Assembly: GCA_963583595.1 (NCBI GenBank)
Contig: CAUZWC010000001.1
Span: 1 to 61,139, forward strand
Origin: Alphaproteobacteria bacterium
Lineage (GTDB): Bacteria > Pseudomonadota > Alphaproteobacteria > CADEGL01
DNA length: 61,139 nucleotides
Reading direction: 5' to 3'
Shown: positions 20,001 to 29,634 of the stretch, one piece after another
Numbering within the stretch: position 1 is the first letter of the stretch
How the letters are laid out: each line of letters opens with the position of its first letter
Notes under the pieces: model-generated
Databases searched by the model: none
Told to the model about the DNA's origin: nothing
Seen by the model: the letters and a program-made list of their open reading frames with translations, nothing else
Translations under genes and position numbers: made by a program

Positions 20001-20418
20001 TGCCTGCGCGGCCTATCTGGCTCGGCGGGTCCTCGATCTCGATCTGGAAACCCAGGCTGCTCTCGCGCGCGAGGTGCTGGCCGTGCTCGACGCGCCCGAA
20101 TTCGCGGCCCTCTTCGCCCCGGGCTCGCGCGCCGAGGCGGCCCTGGCCGGCAAGGTCGGCGACTCCGTGATTTCCGGCCAGGTCGATCGGATGGCGGTGA
20201 CCGATGACGCGGTGCTGATCGTTGATTACAAGACGAACCGCCCGCCGCCGCCCACGGTGGAGGGCGTGGCACCCCTCTATCTTCGCCAGATGGCGTCCTA
20301 TCGGGCCTTGTTGCAACGCATCTATCCTGAGCGGACCCTGCGCTGCGCCTTGCTTTGGACCGACGGGCCGCGCCTCATGGCTTTGCCGGACCGCTTGCTC
20401 GACCCGTGGATGCCTTGA
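17005..20418 (+). CDS. addA: Double-strand break repair helicase/nuclease AddA (UvrD-like)
   Basis: N-terminal VGASAGTGKTKVLTDRV Walker A, UvrD helicase motifs (ILVDEAQDTNP, VGDAKQSIFSFQGA, TVHGAKGLQAP) and a C-terminal nuclease motif (VDRMAVTDDAVLIVDYKTN). The start overlaps the addB stop (ATGA). Confidence 0.92.
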   Translation: MTAAQMIAADPAHSAWVGASAGTGKTKVLTDRVLRLMLAGTKPEAILCLTFTRAAAAEMAVRLNDVLADWATEPEAEVGNALAELTGETPDNARIDAARRLFARVLEAPGGIRIQTIHAFCQSLLARFPLEAGVPPHFEVLAERESRELLTGIVAELLTCARRAEDGLGAALAVIARELQEQAFDDLLSVIVRERARLRALIRDHGGLDGARAALSDALGLPPGATEEAILAEACRDAAFDRAGLVAAAEALAEGGKSDAERADKIAAFLALPADDRPGAMAAYAAAYLTQKGEARKTLSTKAVKEAQPGTEDVLLREAERLIAVEERCRAVRVVAATGALLVFADALFDAYDRRKGARARLDYDDLIQGALGLLRSPGAAPWVLYKLDGGIDHILVDEAQDTNPAQWEVVRILSAEFFAGEGARERVRTVFAVGDAKQSIFSFQGADPEGFVAMRRYFAQRVAEAGAGFETVALDRSFRSTDAVLDAVDLVFALEPARDGVAEPGQEVRHTAHRTGQAGMVEVWPLIGPCEAEEQAPWSLPTALRPGDAPAARLARVIADRIADWIKAEKPGEEGWLDSRDRAMAPGDVMVLVRRRTAFVEELVRALKDREVAVAGVDRMILTNQLAVLDLVALGRFLLLPEDDLTLATVLKSPFIGLDEETLFRLAHGRPGTLWAALRAAAVADPAVAAARDRLEALLSVVDFERPYELYAGLLARGGRRALLHRLGPDAAEPVDEFLALALEHEQGESPSLEGFLHWLVAGETEVKRELGQGGDAVRIMTVHGAKGLQAPVVILPDTTTKPVLDDALLWPGNVVLWPPKRAAEETVCRAARTESRAARDREYRRLLYVAMTRAEDRLYVCGSHGKTEPPADCWFELIRAGLNEHAEAVHIDLAQDSADGWAGHGLRLARKQRSAAKTDDRAGLARLAAPPLPDWATRPPPPEPTPPRPLAPSRPSEEDPPVFSPLVGGDEARFRRGLVVHALLQHLPELDPPRRAAACAAYLARRVLDLDLETQAALAREVLAVLDAPEFAALFAPGSRAEAALAGKVGDSVISGQVDRMAVTDDAVLIVDYKTNRPPPPTVEGVAPLYLRQMASYRALLQRIYPERTLRCALLWTDGPRLMALPDRLLDPWMP

Positions 20419-20536
20419 CCGACCCCCCTTCGCTTCCTAGATTCGGCCTATCGCCATCCGGGCCCGACATGGGCCTCGGCGGACAGAATTTCGGCCCGGT
20501 AGATGGCCGTCCACACAGAGAAAGGGTTTTCGCAGG

Positions 20537-20857
20537 ATGGCCACGACCAAGGTAAGCGACGACAGTTTCGACACGGATGTGTTGAATTCGGGCAAAGCCG
20601 TGCTGGTCGATTTTTGGGCCGAATGGTGCGGCCCGTGCAAGCAGATCGCCCCGGCGCTAGAAGAGTTGGCCGCCGAAATGGGCGACCAGGTCATCGTCGC
20701 CAAACTCAATATCGACGAGAATCCCTCGACGCCCCAGAAATACGGCGTCCGCGGCATTCCGACTCTGATGATCTTCAAGGATGGCCAGGTCGCCTCTCAG
20801 AAGGTCGGCAGCCTGCCCAAGAGCAAGCTTTACGAATGGGTCAAATCGGTCGTGTGA
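20537..20857 (+). CDS. trxA: Thioredoxin
   Basis: 106 aa with the WAEWCGPCK active site. Confidence 0.97.
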   Translation: MATTKVSDDSFDTDVLNSGKAVLVDFWAEWCGPCKQIAPALEELAAEMGDQVIVAKLNIDENPSTPQKYGVRGIPTLMIFKDGQVASQKVGSLPKSKLYEWVKSVV

Positions 20858-20881
20858 CGGCGCCGCCCTTCGACGAAATGG

Positions 20882-20914
20882 AAAGCCCCGCCAACTGGCG
20901 GGGCTTTCGTTTTG
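20882..20914. terminator. Bidirectional rho-independent terminator between convergent trxA and folC
   Basis: Perfect 10-bp stem AAGCCCCGCC / GGCGGGGCTT with an AACT loop, followed by TCGTTTTGGG. Confidence 0.85.
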
Positions 20915-20921
20915 GGTTGGC

Positions 20922-22217
20922 CTATCCTTGGATCGCGAGGATATGCCCGGCCAGATAGAGCGAGCCGCAGATCAACACTTTGCCCGGTGCCGCGCCGGGC
21001 CGGGCCAGATTCGCGAGCGCCGCCTCGGCCGATTCCGCCGTGACGGCCTCAAGGCCCGCGCGCCTGGCCGTCTCGGCCAGGCTGTCGGCGGATAGCGCGG
21101 CGGCGGTTTCGGGGATCGTGACGCAGTGGCAGGACCGGGCCAGCCCGGCGAATGGGCGCAGGAACCCGCCGGCATCCTTGGTGTCGAGCATGCCGACAAT
21201 CAGGTGCAGGGGACGGTCCATCCCGCGCTGGAGTTCCTCGGCCAGAACCTGCCCGGCATCGGCGTTATGGCCACCGTCGAGCCAGAGCTGCCAGCCCGTG
21301 GGCAGCAACGCGACCAGCGGTCCGGATTCCAGGCGTTGCAGGCGCGCGGGCCAGCGCGCTTCGGCGATGCCGCGCCGGATCGCCGGCTCCGGGATGGCCA
21401 ATCCGGCGGGCAGGCGCAGGGCGCAGGCCGTGGCCAGGGCGGCGTTGCCAAGCTGGTGGCGTCCGGCCAGGGAGGGCTGCGGCAGGGCGGTTTCCCGCCC
21501 GGCCTCTTGGTAGGCGAAGCCGTCGCCAGAATCACGCCAGGACCAGGCCTCGCCCTCGCAATCCAGGGGCGCGCCGATCGCCTCGGCGCGCGCCGCGATG
21601 ACCGATGCCGCTTCGGGTTTCTGGGCGGCGATCACCCCACGTACACCTGGTTTGAGGATACCCGCCTTCTCGCCGGCGATGGCGACCAGGGTTTCGCCCA
21701 GATACTGGACATGGTCCATGCCGATCGGAGTGATCGCGCAGAGCGCCGGCTGCGCGACGAGATTGGTCGCGTCCAAGCGGCCGCCGAGACCGGTTTCCAT
21801 CAGAAGGAGATCTGCGGGAATCCGCGAAAAAACCAGGAATGCGGCCGCCGTGGTGATTTCGAAAAAGGTGATCGGCGCACCGCCATTAGCCTCTTCGCAT
21901 TCCGCCAGCAGGACGGCTAGCGCCGGCTCGGCGATGGCCGCGCCGTCGAGGCGGATGCGTTCGTGAAAGCGCACCAGATGGGGCGAGGTGTACGTGTGCA
22001 CGCGATGGCCTGCGGCCCGGCCCATCGCCTCGAGATAGGCCAGGGTCGATCCCTTGCCGTTGGTGCCGGCGATATGGATCACCGGGGGAAGGCGCTCTTC
22101 CGGATGGTCGAGCCGCGCCATCAGTCGCATCACCCGGTCGAGCGACAGGTCGATCAGCTTGGGATGGAAGGCAAGCAGCCGCTCCAATATGGCGTCGCTG
22201 GGAAGCGTTTGGGTCAC
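20922..22217 (-). CDS. folC: Bifunctional folylpolyglutamate synthase / dihydrofolate synthase
   Basis: 431 aa with a Mur-ligase-type P-loop (HIAGTNGKGST). Conserved position downstream of accD. Confidence 0.9.
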   Translation of the reverse strand: MTQTLPSDAILERLLAFHPKLIDLSLDRVMRLMARLDHPEERLPPVIHIAGTNGKGSTLAYLEAMGRAAGHRVHTYTSPHLVRFHERIRLDGAAIAEPALAVLLAECEEANGGAPITFFEITTAAAFLVFSRIPADLLLMETGLGGRLDATNLVAQPALCAITPIGMDHVQYLGETLVAIAGEKAGILKPGVRGVIAAQKPEAASVIAARAEAIGAPLDCEGEAWSWRDSGDGFAYQEAGRETALPQPSLAGRHQLGNAALATACALRLPAGLAIPEPAIRRGIAEARWPARLQRLESGPLVALLPTGWQLWLDGGHNADAGQVLAEELQRGMDRPLHLIVGMLDTKDAGGFLRPFAGLARSCHCVTIPETAAALSADSLAETARRAGLEAVTAESAEAALANLARPGAAPGKVLICGSLYLAGHILAIQG

Positions 22218-23200
22218 GCCCCCTTGGCGGGGCTTCCCTTGGGATCGGCGGCGGGCGCGGCCCGGGCGTCGGCCTTGTCCTGTGGGGCTTTGTCGGATGT
22301 CTCGTCGGCGGCTTCGCCGCGGCGCTCCAGGGGCACGAACTCGGCCTTCGGACGGGGGTGGCGGAGCAGGCCGATCAGGCTGATCAGGCGGTCGCGCAGG
22401 GCGCGGCGGTGGACCACCATGTCGACCATGCCGTGTTCGTGCAGGTATTCGGCCCGCTGGAAGCCGGTGGGCAGCTTTTCCCGGATGGTTTCCTGAATCA
22501 CCCGGGTCCCGGCGAAGCCAACGATCGCGCCGGGCTCGGCCAGGGCAATATCGCCCAGCATCGCGAAGGAGGCGGTGACCCCGCCAGTGGTCGGATCGGC
22601 CAGGACGACGATATAGGGCAGGCCCGCCTCGCGCACCTGCTGCACGCCGATCACCGTGCGCGGCAGCTGCATCAGGGACAGGATGCCCTCCTGCATGCGC
22701 GCGCCGCCCGAGGCGGGCACGACGATCAAGGGCGAGTCCTGCAGCACGGCCAGATTGGCGGCGGCGAGCAACCCCTCGCCCGCGGCCACGCCCATCGACC
22801 CGCCCATGAAGCCGAAATCGAAGGCCGCCACGACCGCCGGATGGCCGCCCATCGTGCCATGGCCGACCAGAACGGCATCGCGTCGGTCGTCCCCGTGGCG
22901 CGCGTCGCGCAGTCGCTCGCTATAGCGGCGGCGGTCCCGAAAGCGCAGCGGATCGGCGATCGTTTCCGGCAGTTCGATGGTCTGGAATGTGCCGTCGTCG
23001 AACAGCATGGCCAGTCGATCGGCGGCGGGCAGGCGCAGATGGTGGTCGCAATAGTGGCATACATGCAGATTGGCCGCGAGTTCGCGGTGGAACAGCATCT
23101 GCTCGCAATCGGGGCATTTGATCCAAAGATTGTCCGGGACGTCGGGCTTGATGCCCAGGGCTCGCAGCTTCGGTCGGACGAAATTGGTCAGCCAGCTCAT
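22214..23200 (-). CDS. accD: Acetyl-CoA carboxylase carboxyltransferase beta subunit
   Basis: N-terminal zinc ribbon (CPDCEQMLFHRELAANLHVCHYCDHH) and the carboxyltransferase domain (FGFMGGSMG). Confidence 0.95.
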   Translation of the reverse strand: MSWLTNFVRPKLRALGIKPDVPDNLWIKCPDCEQMLFHRELAANLHVCHYCDHHLRLPAADRLAMLFDDGTFQTIELPETIADPLRFRDRRRYSERLRDARHGDDRRDAVLVGHGTMGGHPAVVAAFDFGFMGGSMGVAAGEGLLAAANLAVLQDSPLIVVPASGGARMQEGILSLMQLPRTVIGVQQVREAGLPYIVVLADPTTGGVTASFAMLGDIALAEPGAIVGFAGTRVIQETIREKLPTGFQRAEYLHEHGMVDMVVHRRALRDRLISLIGLLRHPRPKAEFVPLERRGEAADETSDKAPQDKADARAAPAADPKGSPAKGA

Positions 23201-23206
23201 ATCGTT

Positions 23207-24037
23207 TTACCCTCGGCCTCTTACGCCATCCGCCAGTTCGCTCACGAAGCCGAGGACATCCGGGACCATCGAGGCGTTGGGCCGTCCGTTGGCATCGAGG
23301 CCCACAGTGATCCGGTCGACAATGGCGGAGCCGATCACCGCGCCGTCCGCGATGCGCGAAATCGCGCCCGCCTGTTCCGGCGTCTTGATGCCGAAGCCGA
23401 CGACGAGAGGCAAGTCGGTCCCGGCGCGCAGGCGCGCGACCGCGTCGCGCACCGTGTCCTCGCCTGCCGAACGCGTGCCGGTGATGCCCAGGATCGAGAC
23501 GTAGTAGATGAAGCCGGAAGCCGACCGCAGGATCGTGGGCAGGCGGCCCGCATCGCTGGTCGGTGTCGCCAGGCGCACGAAGGAGAGGCCCGCGGCCTCT
23601 GCCGCCGGGCGCAGTTCGTCGTCTTCCTCGGGCGGCAGATCGACGACGATCATGCCGTCGACCCCGGCCGCCGCGGCGTTGCGCACGAAACCCTCGGCGC
23701 CATAGCTGTAAATCGGGTTGAAATAGCCCATCAGAACCAGGGGCGTGTCGGCGTCGCTATCGCGGAACGCGCGGGCCAATTCCAGGGTCCGCTTCAGGCT
23801 GGCCCCGGCGGCGAGCGCCCGCAGGCTGGCTTTCTGGATCGAGGGGCCGTCCGCCATCGGGTCGGAAAAGGGCATGCCCAGTTCGACGATATCCGCGCCC
23901 GCGCCCGGCAGGCCCGCCAGCAGGAGGCGCGAGGTTTCGTGATCCGGATAGCCCGCCGTGACGAAGGTGACCAGGGCGCCGCGCCCCTCGGCCTTCAGGG
24001 CGGCGAAACGCCGCTCGATACGACCCGGGCCGCTCAC
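23207..24037 (-). CDS. trpA: Tryptophan synthase alpha chain
   Basis: [27 protein letters not shown]...[22 protein letters not shown] start overlaps the trpB stop (GTGA). The track ORF 23207..24949 is an over-extension. Confidence 0.93.
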   Translation of the reverse strand: MSGPGRIERRFAALKAEGRGALVTFVTAGYPDHETSRLLLAGLPGAGADIVELGMPFSDPMADGPSIQKASLRALAAGASLKRTLELARAFRDSDADTPLVLMGYFNPIYSYGAEGFVRNAAAAGVDGMIVVDLPPEEDDELRPAAEAAGLSFVRLATPTSDAGRLPTILRSASGFIYYVSILGITGTRSAGEDTVRDAVARLRAGTDLPLVVGFGIKTPEQAGAISRIADGAVIGSAIVDRITVGLDANGRPNASMVPDVLGFVSELADGVRGRG

Positions 24038-25245
24038 AACGCGATCTTGAGATGTTCGGCGACGGTAAAGATGTCCTTGTCGCCCCGCCCGCACATGTTC
24101 ATCACCAGAATATGGTCCTTGGGCAGACCCGGCGCGATCTCGATGACATGGGCCAGGGCATGGGCTGGCTCGAGCGCCGGGATGATGCCTTCGAGGCGGG
24201 AGCAGAGCTGGAAGGCCTCGAGCGCGGCCTTGTCGGTCGCGGAGACGTATTTCACCCGGCCGATATCGTGCAGCCAGGAATGCTCCGGCCCGATGCCCGG
24301 ATAGTCGAGCCCGGCCGAGATCGAATGGGCCTCCTGGATCTGGCCGTCCTCGGTCTGCAGCAGATAGGTCCGGTTGCCGTGCAGCACGCCGGGGCGGCCG
24401 CCGGTCAAGGAGGCGGCATGCTTGTCGGTGTCCAGGCCCAGCCCCGCGGCCTCGACCCCGTGGATAGCCACATCGGTGTCGTCGAGGAAGGGGTGGAACA
24501 GGCCCAGGGCGTTCGATCCGCCGCCGATGCAGGCGACCAGGGTGTCGGGCAGGCGGCCCTCCGCCTCCATGATCTGCTCGCGCGTCTCGCGCCCGATGAT
24601 CGATTGGAAATCGCGCACCATCGCCGGATAGGGGTGGGGCCCCGCCGCCGTGCCGATGATGTAGAAGGTCTCCTCGACCGTGGCAACCCAGTCGCGCAAG
24701 GCCTCGTTCATCGCATCCTTGAGGGATTTGGAGCCGCTTTCGACGGCCACGACCTCGGCCCCCAGCAACTTCATGCGGAACACGTTCGGCGCCTGGCGCT
24801 CGATATCCTTCGAGCCCATGTAGACGACGCAGGGCAGGCCGAACAGGGCGCAGACCGTGGCGGCTGCCACGCCGTGCTGGCCCGCGCCAGTTTCCGCGAT
24901 GATGCGTTTCTTGCCCATGCGCCGGGCGACCAGGATCTGGCCCAGGCAATTGTTGATCTTGTGGGAGCCGGTGTGGTTCAGCTCGTCGCGCTTGAAGTAG
25001 ATCTTGGCGCCGCCGAGATGCGCGGTCAGGCGCTCGGCAAAGAACAGCGGGCTCGGCCGGCCGACATAATGCTTGAGGTAATAGTCGTATTCCGATCTGA
25101 AGGCCGGATCGGCCTTGGCGGTGTTATAGGCCGTTTCCAGTTCCAGGATCAGCGGCATCAGGGTTTCGGCGACATAGCGCCCGCCGAACAGGCCGAAATG
25201 GCCCCGTTCGTCCGGTCCGCCGCGAAATGTATTGACCTGGGTCAT
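24034..25245 (-). CDS. trpB: Tryptophan synthase beta chain
   Basis: 403 aa with the PLP-binding [11 protein letters not shown] motif and GGGSNA loop. Confidence 0.97.
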   Translation of the reverse strand: MTQVNTFRGGPDERGHFGLFGGRYVAETLMPLILELETAYNTAKADPAFRSEYDYYLKHYVGRPSPLFFAERLTAHLGGAKIYFKRDELNHTGSHKINNCLGQILVARRMGKKRIIAETGAGQHGVAAATVCALFGLPCVVYMGSKDIERQAPNVFRMKLLGAEVVAVESGSKSLKDAMNEALRDWVATVEETFYIIGTAAGPHPYPAMVRDFQSIIGRETREQIMEAEGRLPDTLVACIGGGSNALGLFHPFLDDTDVAIHGVEAAGLGLDTDKHAASLTGGRPGVLHGNRTYLLQTEDGQIQEAHSISAGLDYPGIGPEHSWLHDIGRVKYVSATDKAALEAFQLCSRLEGIIPALEPAHALAHVIEIAPGLPKDHILVMNMCGRGDKDIFTVAEHLKIAL

Positions 25246-25362
25246 GCCGTTTCGTCGTCCTGGCCGTAATGGTGCACGTGCGTTGGGAATAAATCAGGCG
25301 GCGCGGCGGAGGTCAAAGACCTTCCCATTCGGCCCCTATCCTGCGGGTCCCCGGCGCCGCGT

Positions 25363-26010
25363 CTAAATCCGCCCCGCGGTCTTGAGAAAGGCGCGAATCT
25401 TCTCCGGATCCTTGCGTCCCGGCCGCGCCTCGACCCCCGACGAGACATCGACCGCCCGCGCGCCGCTGATGCGCACCGCCTCGGCCAGGTTCTCCGGATC
25501 GAGGCCGCCCGACAGCATCCAGGGGCAGGGCAGATCGAGCCCGTCCAGGAGGCGCCAGTCGAAGGACAGGGCGTTGCCGCCGGGCAGGGCGTCGGGCATG
25601 GATTTCGGCGCCTTGGCGTCGAACAGGATCCAATCGGCTTGGCCGATAAAGGGCCGTGCTGCCTTCAGGTCGGCCTTTTCGGCCACCTTCACGGCCTTCA
25701 TCACGGGCAGGCCGAACAGCGCTTTGGCCTGCCCGACGCGCTCCGGCGTCTCGGCGCCATGAAATTGCAGCAGGTCCAGGCGGACATGGGAAAGGGTCTC
25801 GGCGATGGCGCGGTCGTCGACATCGACGAAGAGTCCGACACGTTTGATGCCGGGGGCCAAGGAGGCGGTCAGCCGCGCGCCCTCCGCCGGCGCTACATAG
25901 CGCGGCGAGCGGTCATAGAAAACGAGGCCGACCATGGCCGTGCCTCCCGCCTCGGCGGCGGCGACGCCATCGGCCGCGTTGAGCCCGCATATCTTGGCCT
26001 GGATGCGCAT
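25363..26010 (-). CDS. trpF: N-(5'-phosphoribosyl)anthranilate isomerase
   Basis: MRIQAKICGL...VGLVFYDRSPRYV...SGGLDPENL. Start taken at the internal ATG 26010. Confidence 0.9.
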   Translation of the reverse strand: MRIQAKICGLNAADGVAAAEAGGTAMVGLVFYDRSPRYVAPAEGARLTASLAPGIKRVGLFVDVDDRAIAETLSHVRLDLLQFHGAETPERVGQAKALFGLPVMKAVKVAEKADLKAARPFIGQADWILFDAKAPKSMPDALPGGNALSFDWRLLDGLDLPCPWMLSGGLDPENLAEAVRISGARAVDVSSGVEARPGRKDPEKIRAFLKTAGRI

Positions 26011-26020
26011 AGGCGGAGAT

Positions 26021-26749
26021 TTAGGCTTCCGCCATCCCCTTGGCAATGTCCCAGGCCGCCGCGGCGGGATCGGGCGCGCGGGTGATCGGCCGTCCGATGA
26101 CGAGGATATCGGCACCGGCCGCGATGGCGTCCTTCGGGGTCATCACCCGCTTCTGGTCGTCGGCCGCGCTGCCGGGCGGGCGCACGCCGGGCACGACCAG
26201 CAGGAAATCCCGGCCCAGTTCGGCGCGCAGAACGGCAGCTTCCAGGGGCGAGCAGACCGCGCCGTCCGCCCCGCTGTCGTGCGCCAGACGGGCGAGGCGC
26301 AGGACCTGGTCGGCTGCCGGAGGGCGTTGGCCGACCTTCTGGAGATCTTCGTCTCCCAGGCTGGTCAGCACGGTCACGGCGATCACGCGCGGGCGATTTG
26401 CTCCGCCGGCCTCCTCCGCCGCCCGCCGCGCGGCCTCGATCATCGCGGGTCCGCCGCCGGCATGAATAGTGATCAGTTCCGGCTCCAGCGCGCAAACGGC
26501 CTGGACCGCGCCGGCGACGGTGTTGGGAATGTCGTGGAACTTGAGATCGAGGAACAGGCGCTGATCTTCGGTCCGGGCCGCACGCACGGCGTCGGGGCCG
26601 TTGGCGACGAAGAATTCGAGGCCCAGCTTGATGCCGCCAACCGTGCCGCCCAGGGCCTGGCACAGGGCGCTCGCGGCCCGCGGGTCCGGGGTGTCGACCG
26701 CGGCGAAGATACGCGCGGCGGCGTCGCCCAACGTCATGAGGGACGTCAT
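26021..26749 (-). CDS. pyrF: Orotidine-5'-phosphate decarboxylase
   Basis: IFAAVDTPD...GGIKLGLEFF...FLDLKFHDIPNTV motifs. Start taken at the internal ATG 26749. Confidence 0.92.
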   Translation of the reverse strand: MTSLMTLGDAAARIFAAVDTPDPRAASALCQALGGTVGGIKLGLEFFVANGPDAVRAARTEDQRLFLDLKFHDIPNTVAGAVQAVCALEPELITIHAGGGPAMIEAARRAAEEAGGANRPRVIAVTVLTSLGDEDLQKVGQRPPAADQVLRLARLAHDSGADGAVCSPLEAAVLRAELGRDFLLVVPGVRPPGSAADDQKRVMTPKDAIAAGADILVIGRPITRAPDPAAAAWDIAKGMAEA

Positions 26750-26759
26750 CGGCGGGCGG

Positions 26760-27125
26760 TCAGCCGGCTTCGGGGGCCGGCAGGGCCGTGGATGTGCCGG
26801 GGCGGGGCGTGTCGGCCATCGTCCGCGCATCCGCGTTCCGGCGACTGTCCTGTTCCTTCAGGGAGGCGAGCTCGCGATTGACACGGCGCAACTCGTCGTC
26901 GCGCGTCCTGGCCAACCGGCGCCAGCGCCGCCCGCCGTTCCACATCACGACGGCGCCACCCAGGAAGCCCAGGACGATGCCGCCGCACACACCCAGGAAC
27001 AGCGGCGCCTCCAGGACATAGGGCAGGGGCCAAATCTCATAGGCGACCCGGTCCAGATTGGACACGGCAAACGCCGCCGCGATGACCGCGATGGGAATGA
27101 CCACGATCAGGTGAAATAGTCTCAC
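26760..27125 (-). CDS. LapA-domain (DUF1049) inner-membrane protein
   Basis: 121 aa with two TM helices followed by a charged coiled tail (RRWRRLARTRDDELRRVNRELASLKEQ). Conserved location beside ihfB. Confidence 0.7.
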   Translation of the reverse strand: MRLFHLIVVIPIAVIAAAFAVSNLDRVAYEIWPLPYVLEAPLFLGVCGGIVLGFLGGAVVMWNGGRRWRRLARTRDDELRRVNRELASLKEQDSRRNADARTMADTPRPGTSTALPAPEAG

Positions 27126-27164
27126 CTTGAGTTTCCTCGCTTCCGCCCAGTCTTTCGGCGGACG

Positions 27165-27443
27165 CTAGTTGTTGATGCGCTCGCGCAGTTCCTTGCCCGC
27201 CTTGAAGAACGGGATGAACTTCTCGCCGACCTGGACCGCCGCACCCGTGCGGGGATTCCGGCCGACCCTGGGGCCGCGCCGTTTGACCGAGAAAGCGCCG
27301 AAGCCGCGCAGCTCGACCCGGTCGCCGCGCGACAGGGCCTCGGTTATTTCGTCGAAAATCGTCGACACGATCCGCTCGACGTCGCGTTGGTATAGATGCG
27401 GATTCATCTCCGCGAGATGCTGGATGAGCTCGGACTTGGTCAT
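27165..27443 (-). CDS. ihfB: Integration host factor subunit beta
   Basis: [12 protein letters not shown]...[29 protein letters not shown], an HU/IHF fold. Start taken at the internal ATG 27443. Confidence 0.93.
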   Translation of the reverse strand: MTKSELIQHLAEMNPHLYQRDVERIVSTIFDEITEALSRGDRVELRGFGAFSVKRRGPRVGRNPRTGAAVQVGEKFIPFFKAGKELRERINN

Positions 27444-27572
27444 GCCCTTCGGCTCCCCCTTCTGCCGGCCGTCGCGGGCGACAACCCCCACGGTCACGAC
27501 CGAAGGATGGAAGTTGCCAAAGCGATCCGCCTCCCGTCAAGTCTAAGTCTCTCAGACAGCGAGATTATTTCG

Positions 27573-27618
27573 ACCGAAACGAAGACGCCGGCCCCGTCTT
27601 TCGACGGCGCCGGCGTCC
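27573..27618 (-). terminator. Rho-independent terminator after rpsA
   Basis: On the minus strand, GACGCCGGCG...GGCCGGCGTC forms a stem followed by TTCGTTTCGG. Confidence 0.7.
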
Positions 27619-27641
27619 ATTTTCGCATTGGCCGGGTGGGA

Positions 27642-29468
27642 TCAGGTCGAGGTTTTCTCGGCGCCCTCGGCCGTTTTGGCCTCGGTATCGTCGTCTTTGG
27701 CCGAATCCTCGTCATCGGATTCTTCCGCGGATTCTTCCGCGGATTCTTCCTCCGGGGTCTGAGCCCGATTGATTGCCGGGCCGAGGATCTCGCCCAGGCT
27801 CGCGCCGCTGTCGGAGGAGCCGTACTGGGCCATTGCCTCCTTCTCCTCGGCGATTTCGCGGGCCTTGACCGACAGGCTCAGGCGACGGTCGCGCTTGTCG
27901 ATATTGGTGATCCGGGCATCGACCTTCTCGCCCACGGCGAAGCGGTCGCGGCGCTGCTCGCTGCGATCCCGGCTCAGGTCCGACTTGCGGATGAAGCCGG
28001 TCAGGCCGTCGGCGACTTCGACTTCGATGCCGCCATCGGTCACCGCCGTTACCGTACAGGTCACGATGCTGCCCTTCTTGAGATCGCCGGCCGCACTGGC
28101 GAAGGGATCCTCGCCAAGCTGCTTGATGCCCAGGCCGACGCGCTCTTTCTCGATATCGACTTCGAGCACCTGGACTTTGACCAGATCGCCCTTCTTGTAG
28201 TCCTTGATCGCGTCGTCGCCGGCCTTCTGCCAGTCGAGGTCGGAGATATGGACCATGCCCTCGATATCGCCCGGCAGGCCGACGAAGAGGCCGAACTCGG
28301 TGATGTTGCGGACGTCGCCCTCGATCACCGTCCCAGCGGGATAGGTATCGGCGAAGCCGTTCCAGGGGTTCTCGCCGATCTGCTTCATGCCGAGGCTGAT
28401 GCGGCGCTTCTGGGTATCGACCTCCAGGATCATCACCTCGACCTCTTGGCTGGTCGAAACGATCTTACCCGGATGGATGTTCTTCTTGGTCCAGCTCATC
28501 TCGGAGACATGGACCAGACCTTCAATCCCCGGCTCCAGCTCCACGAAGGCGCCGTAGTCGGTGATGTTGGTGACGCGACCCTTGAAGGTCGTGGCGACCG
28601 GATATTTCGGCTCGGCGCCGTCCCAGGGATCGGGCTCCAGCTGCTTCATGCCTAGGCTGATGCGCTGGGTCTCGGAGTTGAAGCGGATGATCTTGACCTT
28701 GACCGTCGCGCCGATTTGCACGACCTCGGACGGGTGGTTCACCCGGCGCCAGGACATGTCTGTGACATGGAGCAGGCCGTCGATGCCGCCGAGATCGATG
28801 AAGGCGCCGTAGTCGGTGATGTTCTTCACCACGCCGTCGTAGATCTGGCCTTCCTCGAGGTTCTGGATCAGCTCGGTGCGCGCTTCGGCCCGGGCTTCCT
28901 CCAGCACCGCGCGGCGCGAAACGACGATATTGCCGCGCTGGCGATCCATCTTGAGGATCTGGAAGGGCTGGGGGGTGCCCATGAGGGGCGTGACGTCGCG
29001 CACGGGGCGGATATCGACCTGGCTGCCCGGCAGGAAGGCCACGGCGCCCGAGAGATCGACGGTGAAGCCGCCTTTGACGCGGCCGAAGATATGGCCGGTC
29101 ACGCGCTCGTTGTTCTTGTATGCCTGTTCCAGCACGGTCCAGGATTCCTCCCGGCGTGCCTTCTCGCGACTCAGCACCGCTTCGCCTTCGCGGCTTTCGA
29201 TGCGGTCGACGAAGACATCGACGATATCGCCGACCTTGATTTCCGGGTCGCCGTCGGGGCCCAGGAACTCCTTCATCGGGATGCGACCCTCGGCCTTGAG
29301 GCCGACATCGACGAGCACTTGTTCGTGCTCGTGGTCGATGCTCAGGATCGTACCTTTCACCACGGTGCCTTCGAAGGCCTCCGTATTGGCGAGGGATTCT
29401 TCGAGAAGGGCGGCGAAATCGTCACCGCCGGCATTCGAATCGGTTTGGGTTTCAGTCATGTCGCTCAT
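27642..29468 (-). CDS. rpsA: 30S ribosomal protein S1 with acidic C-terminal extension
   Basis: Six S1 (OB-fold) repeats. The tail is ...TPEEESAEESAEESDDEDSAKDDDTEAKTAEGAEKTST. Confidence 0.96.
   Translation of the reverse strand: MSDMTETQTDSNAGGDDFAALLEESLANTEAFEGTVVKGTILSIDHEHEQVLVDVGLKAEGRIPMKEFLGPDGDPEIKVGDIVDVFVDRIESREGEAVLSREKARREESWTVLEQAYKNNERVTGHIFGRVKGGFTVDLSGAVAFLPGSQVDIRPVRDVTPLMGTPQPFQILKMDRQRGNIVVSRRAVLEEARAEARTELIQNLEEGQIYDGVVKNITDYGAFIDLGGIDGLLHVTDMSWRRVNHPSEVVQIGATVKVKIIRFNSETQRISLGMKQLEPDPWDGAEPKYPVATTFKGRVTNITDYGAFVELEPGIEGLVHVSEMSWTKKNIHPGKIVSTSQEVEVMILEVDTQKRRISLGMKQIGENPWNGFADTYPAGTVIEGDVRNITEFGLFVGLPGDIEGMVHISDLDWQKAGDDAIKDYKKGDLVKVQVLEVDIEKERVGLGIKQLGEDPFASAAGDLKKGSIVTCTVTAVTDGGIEVEVADGLTGFIRKSDLSRDRSEQRRDRFAVGEKVDARITNIDKRDRRLSLSVKAREIAEEKEAMAQYGSSDSGASLGEILGPAINRAQTPEEESAEESAEESDDEDSAKDDDTEAKTAEGAEKTST
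27717..27750. repeat. 2.8 copies of the 12-nt tandem repeat GGATTCTTCCGC, inside the rpsA 3' end
   Basis: Read directly from the sequence. Encodes the (EESA)n part of the S1 acidic tail. Confidence 0.9.
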
Positions 29469-29634
29469 GGGCCTCGGTTATCCTTCCAACTCTTCTATTC
29501 TGGCCAGCCGGTTGTCTCCGGCGGTCTTGCTGCTACCGTTAAACACAAGCCGGACTCATCCATCGGGGTGCCTCGCACCCGCTCGGATCGCATCCGGTAA
29601 CCCGACGGACCTGAACTGCTTGTCCAGGGCGCCG

